Assembly: GCA_964016885.1 (NCBI GenBank)
Contig: OZ024753.1
Span: 47,058,001-47,122,000, forward strand
Direction of reading: 5' to 3'
Source of the DNA: Eledone cirrhosa
Taxonomy: Eukaryota
DNA: 64,000 nucleotides
A program made the translations under genes and the position numbers. Under the pieces are notes generated by a model, which was given only the letters and a program-made list of their open reading frames with translations, ran no database searches and was not told the origin of the DNA. This document shows, one piece after another, positions 22,741 to 35,342 of this stretch (positions are counted from its first letter, which is position 1; every line of letters begins with the position of its first letter).

Positions 22741-24711
22741 TCATAACGGTACGCGATGGGACCCACCCACAGCCCCGGCGGACAGAATGGAGAAGGCGTT
22801 TCCCCGGAGCACGGCAAGGGAGACGCGCTGGAAAAGCCACTCCAACTCGCGGGGCTCACACCTGCGGCTGGCCAGCTCAGCGCCTATGGTGGTGAGTAAG
22901 GAGGTAGCCCTGGGGCCGAGGACACCAGAAGTCTCCACTTCCAGGGGTACGACCGCAAACCTGTCGGAGAGTGAACGATATGTGAGGAGTTTGGCCCCCT
23001 CAGCCTGACGTGCAGCAGAACCTGGGCCAGTCGCAGACTGCACCAGGTTGCGGCTGCAGAAAGTGTCGGTGCAAGTGGCATCCCAGACGAGGGGTTTGCC
23101 ACCGCGGAACGGGAAGATGGTCATGCCATCTAGCCTTTTGCCGTCCCCTCGAGCTGGGAAGGGAAGCCTGCAGCGTCCAAGCCATGCTTAATGACTTCGT
23201 TGAGGGCAGCATGGCGTGGATTGCGGGTGGAGGCCGAAAGAGTCCATGGTGGAACGGCAGCGACATTGGTGTGAGGCCGAGCCTCAGGGAAACGCCGATG
23301 CGCAAGCTATTGTTGTCTAGCTGCGTGCGAGTGGAGAAGGAGGGCAGGGCATGGAGCCAGGCCCCACTGTGGGGTTTGGAGGCTGCACGAAAACAAACAA
23401 GGCGGTGCTGGTCGAGCTGGCACGTGAGCCTGTCTGAGGCCAGGCTGCACTGGATGGCATCCCAAGTGTGTTGGGGGGGACTTGACGTCAACAGGGGGAG
23501 AAGGAGGAGGAACGTCTACTGGGCTAAGTCCCAGCCGGTGCCACGTCTCACAGGCGGCCACGCGTTCTCTGAACACAGAGGGTTCTGTTGTGTTTTGAAG
23601 AACCCTGCTGAAGAGGACGTGGTACGAGGTTACCGACGAAAGATATGCCGGCAAAGCTAGTGAGATCGGGGACTGGAGGCGAAGGCCGCCATACCTGACA
23701 GGTAAAGTTGCATATCTCATCGGCTGCTGCTCGGATACAAGTTTAGGTGTAGCACAGAGTGTATAGAGGAGCTTCGGCATGGCGTAGCAGTTCCTCAGCA
23801 GAAAGAGAACTGGGTGGCCATCAATCAAGCCCAGTCGGCTCGTGAGAGTCTGGACTTGATGGAGGAGCGGATGGCCGGCGGGTGGATCGGTGAGGGCATC
23901 CTCTTTGGGGGGTCACCTGAACCTGGCGGAGAATGGACCGCACGTCCAAGACGGAGACTGCAAAGCTTGCAGCATCGAGGCTGACATTCACCACCTCCGA
24001 CTTGGCTGAGTTGACCTGGAGGTCGATTCCCGCCAGGGCAGGAACCACCGATTGAAGGTCATGGCAGACCGCCTGTACGGGCCCACCCAAAGTAGCATCA
24101 TCCAGATACCAAACGTTGAGAGGGGCCGTTATACTCCAGGCGATGTGGTCAATACCAAGGGTGAACAGGAGGGGTCCCAAAGGGTTGCCCTGTTGGATCC
24201 CAGTAGCCAAGGGTATGACCGTATCAGCAGCATGGCGCATGCTTGGGGCTCCATATGACAGGTAGGCAGAGGGGGCTCGGCTGAGGCAGGCCTCGAGCAG
24301 ATGATCCCAGCGTAAAGAGTTGAAGGCATTCCTCATGTCAAACTTGACAATGAGGTGGCTGGAGGCCCTGGATGCCGGTTCCGAGTGTTACGGACTTGCA
24401 GATTACCTTGGCAGCCAGCCTCCGGAAGACATTGCCCACAGCAATGGGGCGTATGCCATCCTCTTTCTTCCTGAGAGCGGTGAGGCTGGCCGAAAAAAAG
24501 AGGCCTCGAGCATAAGAGTCCAGGGCGCCATGGATGAGCCTATTGGTGAGCGCCACAATTGCACTCAGAAGGCGGCGCCCGGCCTCAGCGGAGAGGGGAG
24601 ATATCAACTCCTTGAGGAGGCCTGGTCAGAGACCATCAACATCTCCGCAGCTGCTAGCTGGGAAGGACCTGATGGCGGACATGATGTCTGCATCAGAAGC
24701 CACAAGGAGCA
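22741..24711 (-). pseudogene. Decayed CRE-clade retrotransposon, variant A
   Basis: Same split RT/RLE ORFs. Confidence 0.88.
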
Positions 24712-25651
24712 AGTGTGGATTACAATACAAAACCTCTGAGAATGATTTCTAAGATATTTCACCATAATTAATTTTCATCAATATATATTAATATTATTAT
24801 TGTTTATTAGGTCAGGTGGATTGGCCAGAACAATTCTACTCTTCTTTTTTAGATGTCACGATTTTTCATGGCATTCCTGAGATCATTAATCTCCAGCTGG
24901 AGATCCAGAGACATCTGATGTATGTAGGTGAACCTCAGTCATCCCACTAGGGTCTTACTATGTTTAGGTATCCACCACAGGAGCCAGCTCATCAGGTCAT
25001 CCTACCCTCAGCAGCAATGTCCAGCATCTATTGATTTCCGCTCCCTAGTTATTGTGGTAATCTTCGATATCTGGGAATATATTTCTTCTGCTTAAGGGAG
25101 TAATAAATATATAGTTTTAAAAAAAACATATATATACACACACATATATATATGTTGTCATTTATAAGAGTTCTCTATCAAAAGCCTTCTCTATGTCCAA
25201 AGCTAAGTATAGTGGCTTATTTTTCTCTAAGAACCTCTTTTGTAGTTGTCTCACTAAGAAGAGGGCATCTGTTGCACTTTTCAGCGGCTTAATTAATTAA
25301 TGAGGTTTAATTAATGAGGAATTTTGAGGTATTTATAACAATTATTAATTATTTCATTACTGAGATATCATTTGAAGGACTTACTAATGTTTTTATTTAT
25401 TAATTATTTTATTAGTAACTTAACATGTGGTTCTTGTATAAAATTATGTTGGAAGATTTTAGGAAGATGCTATGTAGCCGGTCGCGGTAAAATAGACGCC
25501 CAGGCTATGTAGCCGGTAAGAGTGTCAGACTCCATGTGTTGCGGCCCTTTATGGTCTGAGTTAAGACAATTTAAAATCTTTTCCACCATCAATTGTTAAA
25601 AAACAAGTTAAAATCATTTTGTCTTCCATTTGTAACGTACGTTACACTTTA

Positions 25652-26450
25652 GTTACATACACATATACTATGTTACATACACACATCTACTGTGTTACAT
25701 ACACACACATCAACTGGGTTATATACACACACATCTACTGCGTTACATACACATCTACTGTGTTACACACACATCTACTGTGTTACATACACACACATCT
25801 ACTGAGTTACATACACACACATCTACTGTGTTACATACACACACATCTTCTGTGTTACATACACACATCTACTATGTTACATACACACATCTACTGTGTT
25901 ACATACACACACCTGTGTTACATACACACACATCTACTGAGTTACATACACACAGATCTACTGTGTTACATACACACACATCTACTGTGTTACACACATC
26001 TTCTATGTTACATACACACAATCTACTGTGTTACATACACACATCTACTGAGTTACATACACACACATCTACTGAGTTACATACACACACATGTACTGTG
26101 TTACATACACACATCTACTGTGTTACATACATACACATCTACTGTGTTACATACATACACATCTACTGTTACATACACACATCTACCGTGTTACACACAC
26201 ACATCTACCGTGTTACACACACACATCTACCGTGTTACACACACACATCTACCGTGTTACACACACACATCTACTGAGTTACATACACATATACTGAGTT
26301 ACATGCAAACACACATCTACTCTGTTACATATACACATCTACTGTGTTACATACACATCTACTGTGATACACACACACACATCTACTCATACATATTCAT
26401 AAATAGACACACATTATACAAATAATTATTACATACACACACATCTCTGT
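25652..26450. repeat. 22-24 bp minisatellite (copy)
   Basis: Copy of 4074-4850 with one extra monomer. Confidence 0.95.
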
Positions 26451-26859
26451 AATAATTCAGGAAGGAAGGGGCTGGTGAAACGCTATAGCAATGTGTGTGT
26501 GTTGTGTACCTTTCAGGTTTACCGGTTTCGTAGCCTATTTGAAGATTTTATTATAATTATGAACCTTATAATTCAATTAATTATGAATAATTTTGAGCTA
26601 TTTATCACAATTGTTAGTTAATTACTAACATAGTAACTTACCATATGGTTGTTATATAGAATTTTGTTGGAAGACTTTAATTTAGATAGGAACCATTTCC
26701 ATAGTACGAGAACTAATTTTGGCTGGGTTTCTACCAAAAGGGTTAATGAAGAATTTTGAACAATTTACTAAAATTATTAATTATTTCATTACTAAGATAA
26801 TGTGTGAATACACAATTATATGTGTGTATATATATATAAACAGTATATATATATATAGT

Positions 26860-29800
26860 CATCATCATCATCATCACCGTTTTACGTCCGTTCTTCCACG
26901 CTAGCATGGGTTAGACGGGTTGTCCTGTTGTGGGCAGTGTCTGGTCGGCTGACCATGCCTTGCTCATACAGGAACTGATCTGGCTTGATTTCTACAGCTG
27001 GATGCCCTTCCTAACACCAACCTCATTTACAGTGAGTGCTGGGTGCTTTTTCGTGGCGCCTACACGTCCACTTTACAGTGTGGGCTGGGTGCTTTTTTGC
27101 CGTGGCACCTCCACGACCACCTTGCGGTGGGGGGGGGGGGGGGCATATTGTTTATATGCTTCAGCATGTACCCATGGGAGGTCGGGTACCCTGTATTACT
27201 GCGTGACGCCAGAAGTCACGGTCGTGTGTCATTGACTTTGAGAGGTGTAGTTGGGTAAGGTCGGCTTTTATCACCTCATCCCAAGTCATCTTGGGTCTCC
27301 CCACTCCGCGGTTTCCATCAACTTCTAGTGCTCTGCACCTTTTTATGCAGCTGTCATCCTTCATACGCATCACATGTCCATACCAGCGTAACCGCCTCTC
27401 CTGCACGCAGCATTTGATTCCTCTTATGCTCAGTCTCTCTCTCAATTCATTTATGCTTTGTCGTTCACGTATATTACTGTTACACATCCATCGGAGCATG
27501 CAGGCTTCGTTTCTCTCTAATCTACGTAAGTCTTCCACCTTCAGCGCCCAGGTCTCACTACCATGCAACATCGCTGTTCGGATACACGCATCATACAGTC
27601 TGCCTTTCATTCTGAGGGAGAAGCCTTTTGCAGCTAGCAGTGGTAGTAGTTCCCTAAACTTCTTCCATCCCGTTCTTACCCTAGTTATTGTACTTTCTGA
27701 GCACCCACCTCCGTTGCTAATTCGGTCACCTAGGTAGCAGAAGCTGTCTACTGTTTCTACAGGGCCCTCCCAGAGATTGGTGGTACTTGTTTCCTGTGGC
27801 TGTTTGCTTGCTGTTTCAGCACAGCTGCTGCATGTGAATCCTACATTCTTAATTAAGCTTCCTGAGATCCCGCTACATCTCTTGTGTACCCATTGTTTGC
27901 ATTTGGGGCAAAGAATGGAGTTCCTACCTACACCTTTCCTACATACTGAGCAAGGCCATTTCCCTGAGGGGATCTGGGTTCTGTTTTCTCGTCTACTTAT
28001 AAGGACCTTAGTCTTTGTCATGTTGACTTTGAGGCCCTTTCTCTCTAGTCCCTGCTTCCAGGTTTGGAATTTATTCTCTAGTTCTACCATAGATTCAGCT
28101 ATGAGTGCGAGGTCATCAGCATACAGGAGTTCCCATGGGCATCCGGTCTTAAACTCCTCCGTTATTGCCTGCAGGACTATGATGAACAGGAGAGGGCTAA
28201 GAACAGAGCCCTGGTGGACCCCAACCTGTACGCTAAATTCCTCGCTATACTCATTGCCAATCCTAACTTTGCTGACTGCTCCCCTATACATGGCTTGTAC
28301 CGCTTTCACAAGCCATTCATCTACTCCTAGTTTTCTAAGAGCCCACCAGATTACTGCACGTGGAACTCTGTCAAAGGCTTTCTCAAGGTCGACAAATGCC
28401 AAGTAGAGTGGCTTACTTTTAGCTAGGTACTTTTCCTGTAATTGCCTCACAAGGAAGAGCGCATCAGTGGTGCCTTTCCCTGGAACAAACCCAAATTGCA
28501 TCTCGTCTATATTCACCCGGTCCCTAATCAGCTGTGCTATAACTCTTTCTGTTACTTTCATGACCTGGTCCATCAACTTTATACCTCTATAGTTTCCTCT
28601 ATCTAGTGCATCGCCTTTACCTTTGTAGCAGTTGACAATGATGCTACTGCACCAATCTTTTGGTATGGCCCCCTCTAGTATTACCTGGTTAACGATACGT
28701 GTGGTTATAGTGTGACCTACAGACCCAGATGCCTTCAGCATCTCGGCAGCTATACCCGATGGACCGGTTGCCTTCCCTATCTTCATATCTCTGATTGCCT
28801 TACTTACTACGCTGCCGCTGACTTGTACTGCTGGTCCCTCTATAGGGTCTACGTGGGGTAGGGTCTCTTCTTCCCATGCATTCTCCTCATTTAGTAATCT
28901 ATCATAATGACTCTTCCATGCATCTTTCTTCTCAGCACTTGTGAGGGCAAGCTCACCTTTATCATTCCGGATACACTTCTCTCCAATGACATCACAACTA
29001 TCTCTGACACACTGCCTCGCAATCTTGAATACCTCCTGTTTCTGGTCCTCACGTTGTAAAACATGCTTGAATTTTCTATCCTCTGCTTCCCTCCTAGCTA
29101 AGTATACTTGTCGCCTAGCTTCCCTCTTGGTCTCTATGTAATGTACCCTGCTCCCCCCGTTCTTCCATTCTTTCCATGCCTGTCTCTTGGCCTTGACTGC
29201 TTCATCTACCTTATTGTTCCACCACCAAGTCACTCTCCTCCTGCTTGAGGTCTTACTCCAGCCACAAACCTCATCCGTCGCCTCTAGTAAGTTATTTTTT
29301 AGGAACTCCCAGTTCTCTTCTACGTTAAATGTCTCTATCTGTTCTTCTTTACTGTCGTAGGCGTTGAGTAAAATATCTTTAAATCTGTTACTGGTTGAGG
29401 GGACTTTCAGCTTCCAGATCTTTCTTCTCCAGGTTGGCCTCTGTTTCAGGGCTCGTCTAGTTCTGACCGTGAGGTCGCTGACAACTAAGCTATGTTGGGA
29501 TGTACATTCCTCACTAGGGAAGGCTTTTGTGTTTACGACCGTCCATCTGTCACGTCCTCTGATGAGAATAAAATCTAACTGACTAGAGTGCTCCCCTGAT
29601 CTATAGGTGATCAGGTGGTTGTCGGGTTTTTTAAAGTTTGTGTTACATATCGACATGTCATTGGCGTCGCAGAATTCTAGAAGTCTGAATCCTTCCTCAT
29701 TCCTTGTGCCAACTCCATGGCCTCCATGTACTCTATTGAAGCCGTCGCAGTGTTTACCTACGTGTCCGTTAAAATCTCCTGCAATGATTAGGAAGTCCTT

Positions 29801-30672
29801 GTCGTCTGTTAGAGCAGTAGTGTGTATTAGGGACTCGTAAAACCTATCCTTAAGTTCGTCTGGCAGCCCCGATTGGGGTGCGTAAGCTGATATTATTGTG
29901 GTAATTGTCTTATTCAGGACTAGTCTGAGTTTAATGATTCTTGCATTTACCCTGTACACTGAGATTACTTTATCTACCCACTTGTCAGCTAATAGTATAC
30001 CTACACCACCCATCCCATCGTCATTTCCCACCCAGAAAAATTTGTAGCACTGGCTTTTTCCTACAAGGACTCTAGCAGACCCTCCTCTCCATCTAGTCTC
30101 TTGCACACAGCATACATCAACTTCCTTTCGCTCTAGCATTTCTACGATTTCTCCTGCTCTTCCTTTCATTGAGCCTACATTGATGGTACCAACTCGGAGT
30201 TTTGGGCATTTGTCGACACTCGTAGGGGAGGGTCTCTGGGTTGGCGCTTCACGTGGGTGCTTGGTAGCTCGCAGATTCATATTTCATCTATTGATTCAGA
30301 GTTGCTCGTGTATTCCCAGCTCATCCATCCATAACGGTGGGAAAATTGAGGGCTAGAAGGACAGTGGTGGTGGGGTAATGGCAGGGTGTGTTGGGATGCG
30401 CCAGAGGAGGAGAGAGTTAGTTAGGCAGGTAGTAGCAGCAGCAGCAGTGGAAATGGCATGCTAGGTTTGATTGGTCGAATAGACTATGGTGGTGTGTGGG
30501 GGTGGGGGGGGGGGGGAAATTGTGAGGTAGGAACTGAGGGTCGCATGGTAAATATCCAAGTTAATACTACATCAGTAAAATTAACAATAATAACGTCATG
30601 AAAAAAGCTACTAAGAGAAACCCTCGAAAATTTATCGCTAATACAGCAGGGAAAATTTAACGCTAATTGCTA
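26860..30672 (-). mobile_element. Apparently full-length RTE-clade LINE (~3.81 kb), unique insertion in unit 4
   Basis: (GAT)n tail at 26860-26877, 3' UTR, single long ORF, ~390-bp 5' UTR; absent from the homologous sites at ~5259 and ~46382; candidate TSD ATAGT (26855-26859 / 30673-30677). Confidence 0.95.
27161..30280 (-). CDS. RTE LINE polyprotein, 1039 aa: AP-like endonuclease + reverse transcriptase with inserted C4HC3 PHD-like finger
   Basis: APE motifs GTINVG, CVQETRW, SAYAPQ, AGDFNGHVG, QLDFIL, SQH; RT motifs FVDLEKAFDRVP, GVHQGSVLSPLLF, LLYADD, FCYLG; RTE C-terminus RRLRWYGHVMR..GRPKMTW. Uninterrupted. Confidence 0.95.
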   Translation of the reverse strand: MNLRATKHPREAPTQRPSPTSVDKCPKLRVGTINVGSMKGRAGEIVEMLERKEVDVCCVQETRWRGGSARVLVGKSQCYKFFWVGNDDGMGGVGILLADKWVDKVISVYRVNARIIKLRLVLNKTITTIISAYAPQSGLPDELKDRFYESLIHTTALTDDKDFLIIAGDFNGHVGKHCDGFNRVHGGHGVGTRNEEGFRLLEFCDANDMSICNTNFKKPDNHLITYRSGEHSSQLDFILIRGRDRWTVVNTKAFPSEECTSQHSLVVSDLTVRTRRALKQRPTWRRKIWKLKVPSTSNRFKDILLNAYDSKEEQIETFNVEENWEFLKNNLLEATDEVCGWSKTSSRRRVTWWWNNKVDEAVKAKRQAWKEWKNGGSRVHYIETKREARRQVYLARREAEDRKFKHVLQREDQKQEVFKIARQCVRDSCDVIGEKCIRNDKGELALTSAEKKDAWKSHYDRLLNEENAWEEETLPHVDPIEGPAVQVSGSVVSKAIRDMKIGKATGPSGIAAEMLKASGSVGHTITTRIVNQVILEGAIPKDWCSSIIVNCYKGKGDALDRGNYRGIKLMDQVMKVTERVIAQLIRDRVNIDEMQFGFVPGKGTTDALFLVRQLQEKYLAKSKPLYLAFVDLEKAFDRVPRAVIWWALRKLGVDEWLVKAVQAMYRGAVSKVRIGNEYSEEFSVQVGVHQGSVLSPLLFIIVLQAITEEFKTGCPWELLYADDLALIAESMVELENKFQTWKQGLERKGLKVNMTKTKVLISRRENRTQIPSGKWPCSVCRKGVGRNSILCPKCKQWVHKRCSGISGSLIKNVGFTCSSCAETASKQPQETSTTNLWEGPVETVDSFCYLGDRISNGGGCSESTITRVRTGWKKFRELLPLLAAKGFSLRMKGRLYDACIRTAMLHGSETWALKVEDLRRLERNEACMLRWMCNSNIRERQSINELRERLSIRGIKCCVQERRLRWYGHVMRMKDDSCIKRCRALEVDGNRGVGRPKMTWDEVIKADLTQLHLSKSMTHDRDFWRHAVIQGTRPPMGTC

Positions 30673-31032
30673 ATAGTATATATATATATAAACAGTATAT
30701 ATATATATAGTATATATATATATAAACAGTATATATATAGTATACAAAAGATGTAGTGGGATAGTGTGTAGTCTTAAGACAAGTCTGTCCAGATAGCTGC
30801 GCTGTAACTTACACTTATTGGGACTGTGTGTTGGCAAGCAGGCCTGTATTTTGGGATCTAGCTGGTCCATTATGAGGGAGGTCTGGTTAGTTGGCAGCAC
30901 CATGCCTTACTTGTGGTATATGTATGTATAGAAATAAGTTATTGTATATGCATAACTGTCCATCTATATGTATACATGTATGTTTACTTATATCTTTGCA
31001 TACATATATACATTTTCAGATGTATACACGTA

Positions 31033-32952
31033 ATGGTCACCCGGATAGTAAACCAAGTCATACAGAATGGGGTTGTTCTGAAGGACTGGCGTAGCAGCAT
31101 CATCATTAACTGTTACAAGGGTAAAGGAGATGCCCTAGATAGGAGTAACTATAGAGGCATTAAATTAATCGACCAGGTCATGAAGGTCACGGAAAAAGTA
31201 ATAGCGCAACTAATCAGAGAGAGAATTGATCTAGATGAAATGCAGTTCGGGTTTGTGTCAGGTAAAAGTACCACAGACGCTCTTTTCATTGTACGACAAC
31301 TACAGGAGAAGTACCTAGTTAAAAGTAAACCCCTATACTTAGCTTTTGTTGACTTGGAGAAAGCCTTCGACAGAGTCCCCCGTTCCATTATCTGGTGGGC
31401 TCTTAGAAAACTAGGTGTTGAGGAATGGCTTGTGAGAGCTATACGAGCCATGTATAAAGAAACAGTCAGCAAGGTTAGAATTAACAACGAATATAGTGAA
31501 GAGTTTAGCGTAAAAGTTGGTGTTCATCAGGGCTCCGTCCTTAGCCCCCTACTATTTATTATTGCCCTTCAGGCTATAACAGTGGAGTTCAAGACCGGCT
31601 GCCCATGGGAACTCCTATACGCAGATGATCTAACGCTCATAGCTGAATCAATGGCCGAGCTAGAGAAGAAATTCCAAACATGGAAGCAAGGCCTAGAATC
31701 AGAAGGCCTTAAAATTAACCTGGCTAAGACTAAAGTTCTAGTTTGTAGGAAAGAAAATAAGGCGCCGGTCCCTTCCGGGAAATGGCCATGCTCAGTGTGT
31801 AGGAAAGGCGTAGGTAGAAACTCCATTTTATGTCCCAAATGCAAAGTATGGGTTCATAAAAGATGTAGTGGGATCACAGGTAAGCTAACTAAGAACATAG
31901 ATTTTACATGTGGCCGGTGCTCTGGTGCAATAAGTAGCAGCAAGTGCCCACAAAATACTAGCTCTTTCAATTGCGCAGAGGGTTCTATAGAAATAGTGGA
32001 CAGCTTCCGTTACCTGGGTGACAAAATCAGCAGTGGGGGAGGGTGCTCTGAAAGTACAGTAGCTAGAGTCAGAACTGGATGGAAAAAGTTCAGAGAGCTT
32101 ATACCACTATTAGCCGCTAAAGGGTTCTCCCTAAAAATGAAAGGCAGGTTGTATGATGCCTGCATATGAACAGCAATGTTGCATGGCAGTGAGACCTGGG
32201 CATTGTGTGCAGAGGATATACGCAGACTAGAGAGGAACGAAGCTTGCATGCTTCGCTGGATGTGTAATAGTAATATATGTGAACGGCAAAGCATAAACGA
32301 ACTAAGGGAAAAATTAGAAATAAGAGGGATCAGATGTTGTGTACTCGAGAGAAGACTACGTTGGTATGGTCCACGTGATGCGGATGAAAGACGACAGCTG
32401 TATAAAAAAAATGCAGGGCAATAAAGATAGACGGTAGCCACGGAGTAGGCAGACCCAGAAAAACCTGGGACGACTTGATAAATTCCGACCTCACACACTT
32501 ACACCTCTCCAAGACAATGTCACTGGACCGAGATCTTTGGCGGTACTCAGTAATAGAGAAGACCCGCCTTACCTAGATACAAAGTAAAACCTACTACAGT
32601 CAGTAGGCACCTCTAACAAAATACACCCCCACCCCATCCACACCGCCCCTTTCAATGTAAAGTTATGTTGGTGCCACAACATCCAGGCCGAAACAAATGA
32701 GGTCGTGTAGGTGTCACGACAAAAAAAAAAAACACAGTCCACGCAGTAATGTGGCCGTGTAGGTAACACGGTAAAAACCTCCCAGTCCCACACTGTAAAT
32801 GCGGTTGGTGTTAGGAAGGGCATCCAGCTGTAGAAAACCCGCCAGACAGTCCTATGCGAGCAAGACAACCACTCTTGCCTCAAGTGGGAAAATTCCCGTC
32901 CAAACCCATGCAAGCGTGGAATATGGACGTTAAACGATGATGATGATGATGA

Positions 32953-32956
<4 letters not shown>
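31033..32956 (+). mobile_element. 5'-truncated RTE LINE (copy)
   Basis: ORF 30913-32169 identical in translation to 5495-6751; (GAT)n tail. Confidence 0.93.
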
Positions 32957-32982
<26 letters not shown>

Positions 32983-32986
<4 letters not shown>

Positions 32987-34109
32987 CTTTGACATTTCTT
33001 AGAAAAAAAATGAAAAAGTTTTGTGAGAACCCCAATGTTTATTTATTTTATTTTATTTTTAAATAAAATTAATAACATTAATTTTATTTTGAAATTAGGT
33101 TTATAAATATTAATTATCAGCAGACCGTTGTAGCAGTCTTGGCGGCTTAGTGGGAAGTACCAGAGATGGTGAGGTCCTTGTCTGTAGGTTCAATCCTGGT
33201 CTGGGAGTTCAATCATTGCTGTAATGTGTCCTGTTAATCTTTTTTTAAATTTTCCTCAGAAAAAACTGAAAATCTTTGGTGAGAACCCCAATGTCTATTT
33301 ATCTAATATAATTTAATTTATTTTATTTTATTTTACTTTAGTTAAATTGTCAAAACCACTGGTGATCTAAAGTTAGAGGAGACAGATAAAATAGACATAT
33401 TGTCTCCTCAACCTTTAGATCTTCAGTGTTTTCGACAATTTAACTAAAATAAAAAATTAAATTCAATATAATTAAATAAATAGGGGTTCTCTTTTTCAAA
33501 GAGATATAGAAAGAAAATTATAAAAGATTAACATGACACCTTACATGTATCTCATGGACCAGGATTGAACCCGAGTCCCCAATTCAACCCTCAGACCAGG
33601 ATTGAACACCCAGAACAGGATCTCACCATCTCTGGTACTTCCCACTAAGCTACCGAGACTGATACAAAGATGTACTGAAATTTAATATTTATAAACCTAC
33701 TTTCAAAATAAAATTAAAAATAAAATATATATATATATATATTCCTTTGACATTTCTTAGAAAAAAGAACTGAAAAAGTTTTGTGAGAACGCCAATGTCT
33801 ATTTATTTTATTTTATTTTTAATTAAATTAGTTATATTTTGAAAGTAGGTTTATAAATATTAATTTTCAATAGACCTTTGTAGCAGTCTTGGTGGCTTAG
33901 TGGGAAGTACCAGAGATGGTGAGATCCTTGTCTGTAAGTTCAATTCTTGCTTGGAGACATGTCTAATGTGTCCTATTAATCTTTTTTTAATTTTCCTTTT
34001 ACATCTCTTAGAAATAACTGAAAATCTTTGGTGAGAACCCCAATGTCTATTTATCTAATATAATTAATTTAATTTAATTTAATTTAATTTTTATTTTAGT
34101 GAAACCACT
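32983..34109. repeat. Fold-back triple repeat (copy)
   Basis: Copy of 7574-8700. Confidence 0.85.
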
Positions 34110-34549
34110 GTTGTATTCAAGAGACCAGGTGGAGGGGTGGGTCTGCTAGATTCATTGTGGGTAAAGAACGGTGCTATGAACTTTTCTGGGTGGGAAATGA
34201 CAATGGGCTGGGTATACACATACCACCCCACCACCCCACCGTAAAGTGGTCGTGGAGGCGCCACGGCAAAAAAGCACCCAGCCCGCTCTGTAAAGCTGAC
34301 GTGGAGGTGCCACGGAAAAAAAAAAAGCACCCAGCACTCACTGCAAACTGGGTTGGCGTCAGGAAGGGCACCCAGCTGTAGAAACCAATCCAGAATCAGC
34401 TCCCACCCCACCCTTGCAAGCATGGAAAAGCGGACGTATGATGAAGTTGATATATATATATATATATTAGTATATATATACACATACATATGTACACATA
34501 TACACATACATATATATATATATATACACACACATATATATCAGTGTAC

Positions 34550-34584
<35 letters not shown>

Positions 34585-35229
34585 AATGAATATTTATTCA
34601 ATTTAAAGCGCCAATTATCTATATATAACAAGATATGAATTTTTCTAGGGATGGGGAAATTTTCAGTTTGTTTTTATATTTTCACTTCATTTTTTACTTT
34701 CTATTTAATACAGTCTTTGATCCAATATAATCCTGACAGTATTTGAACCAGTTTACCTCATATATATGTATGCACACACAACACTCAAGTTTCGCCATCT
34801 ACTGCTATTTCATTCATATTTATTGTTTAATTAACTCTGGTCTAATTCATCAACTATTGTTAATTATATTATTACGTAGATTTCTTATAAAATCTAGTGC
34901 ATATATACGTGTATATATACAGGGAGACACTGTGTAATAGATGTAAAGAGAGTGGGAGATAGAGTTATAGAAGTAAAGAGAGGGAGAGAAATAAGCGGTA
35001 GATAGAGCAATAGATGTAAAGAGAGGGTTAGAACGTTCAACTTGACAGTCAGTACATATGCCAACTACCCAACCGGCCAGCCAGCCGTATTTGCGGTTGA
35101 CTGGCCAGTTGGGCGGTTGGTATGTGGAACGTTCAACTACGCAGTCAGTACCAAAGTTCAACATTGTAGCCAGTGCATATGCCGATCGCCGCGCCCTCTT
35201 TGCTCTATTTTAATGACCTGGAACTAAGT

Positions 35230-35342
35230 AAAAAGAGTAGGAGATAACTCGACAAGAGCGGAGAGGGTGAGATTCGAACCATGTAAAGTCGTTGGCTCCT
35301 GAACTTCGTAAGCGGGGCTGCTACTGACTGATCAACGCCGGC
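35230..35342 (-). ncRNA. tRNA-like Pol III-type cassette, unit 5 (allele B)
   Basis: Copy of 9783-9895. Confidence 0.5.
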
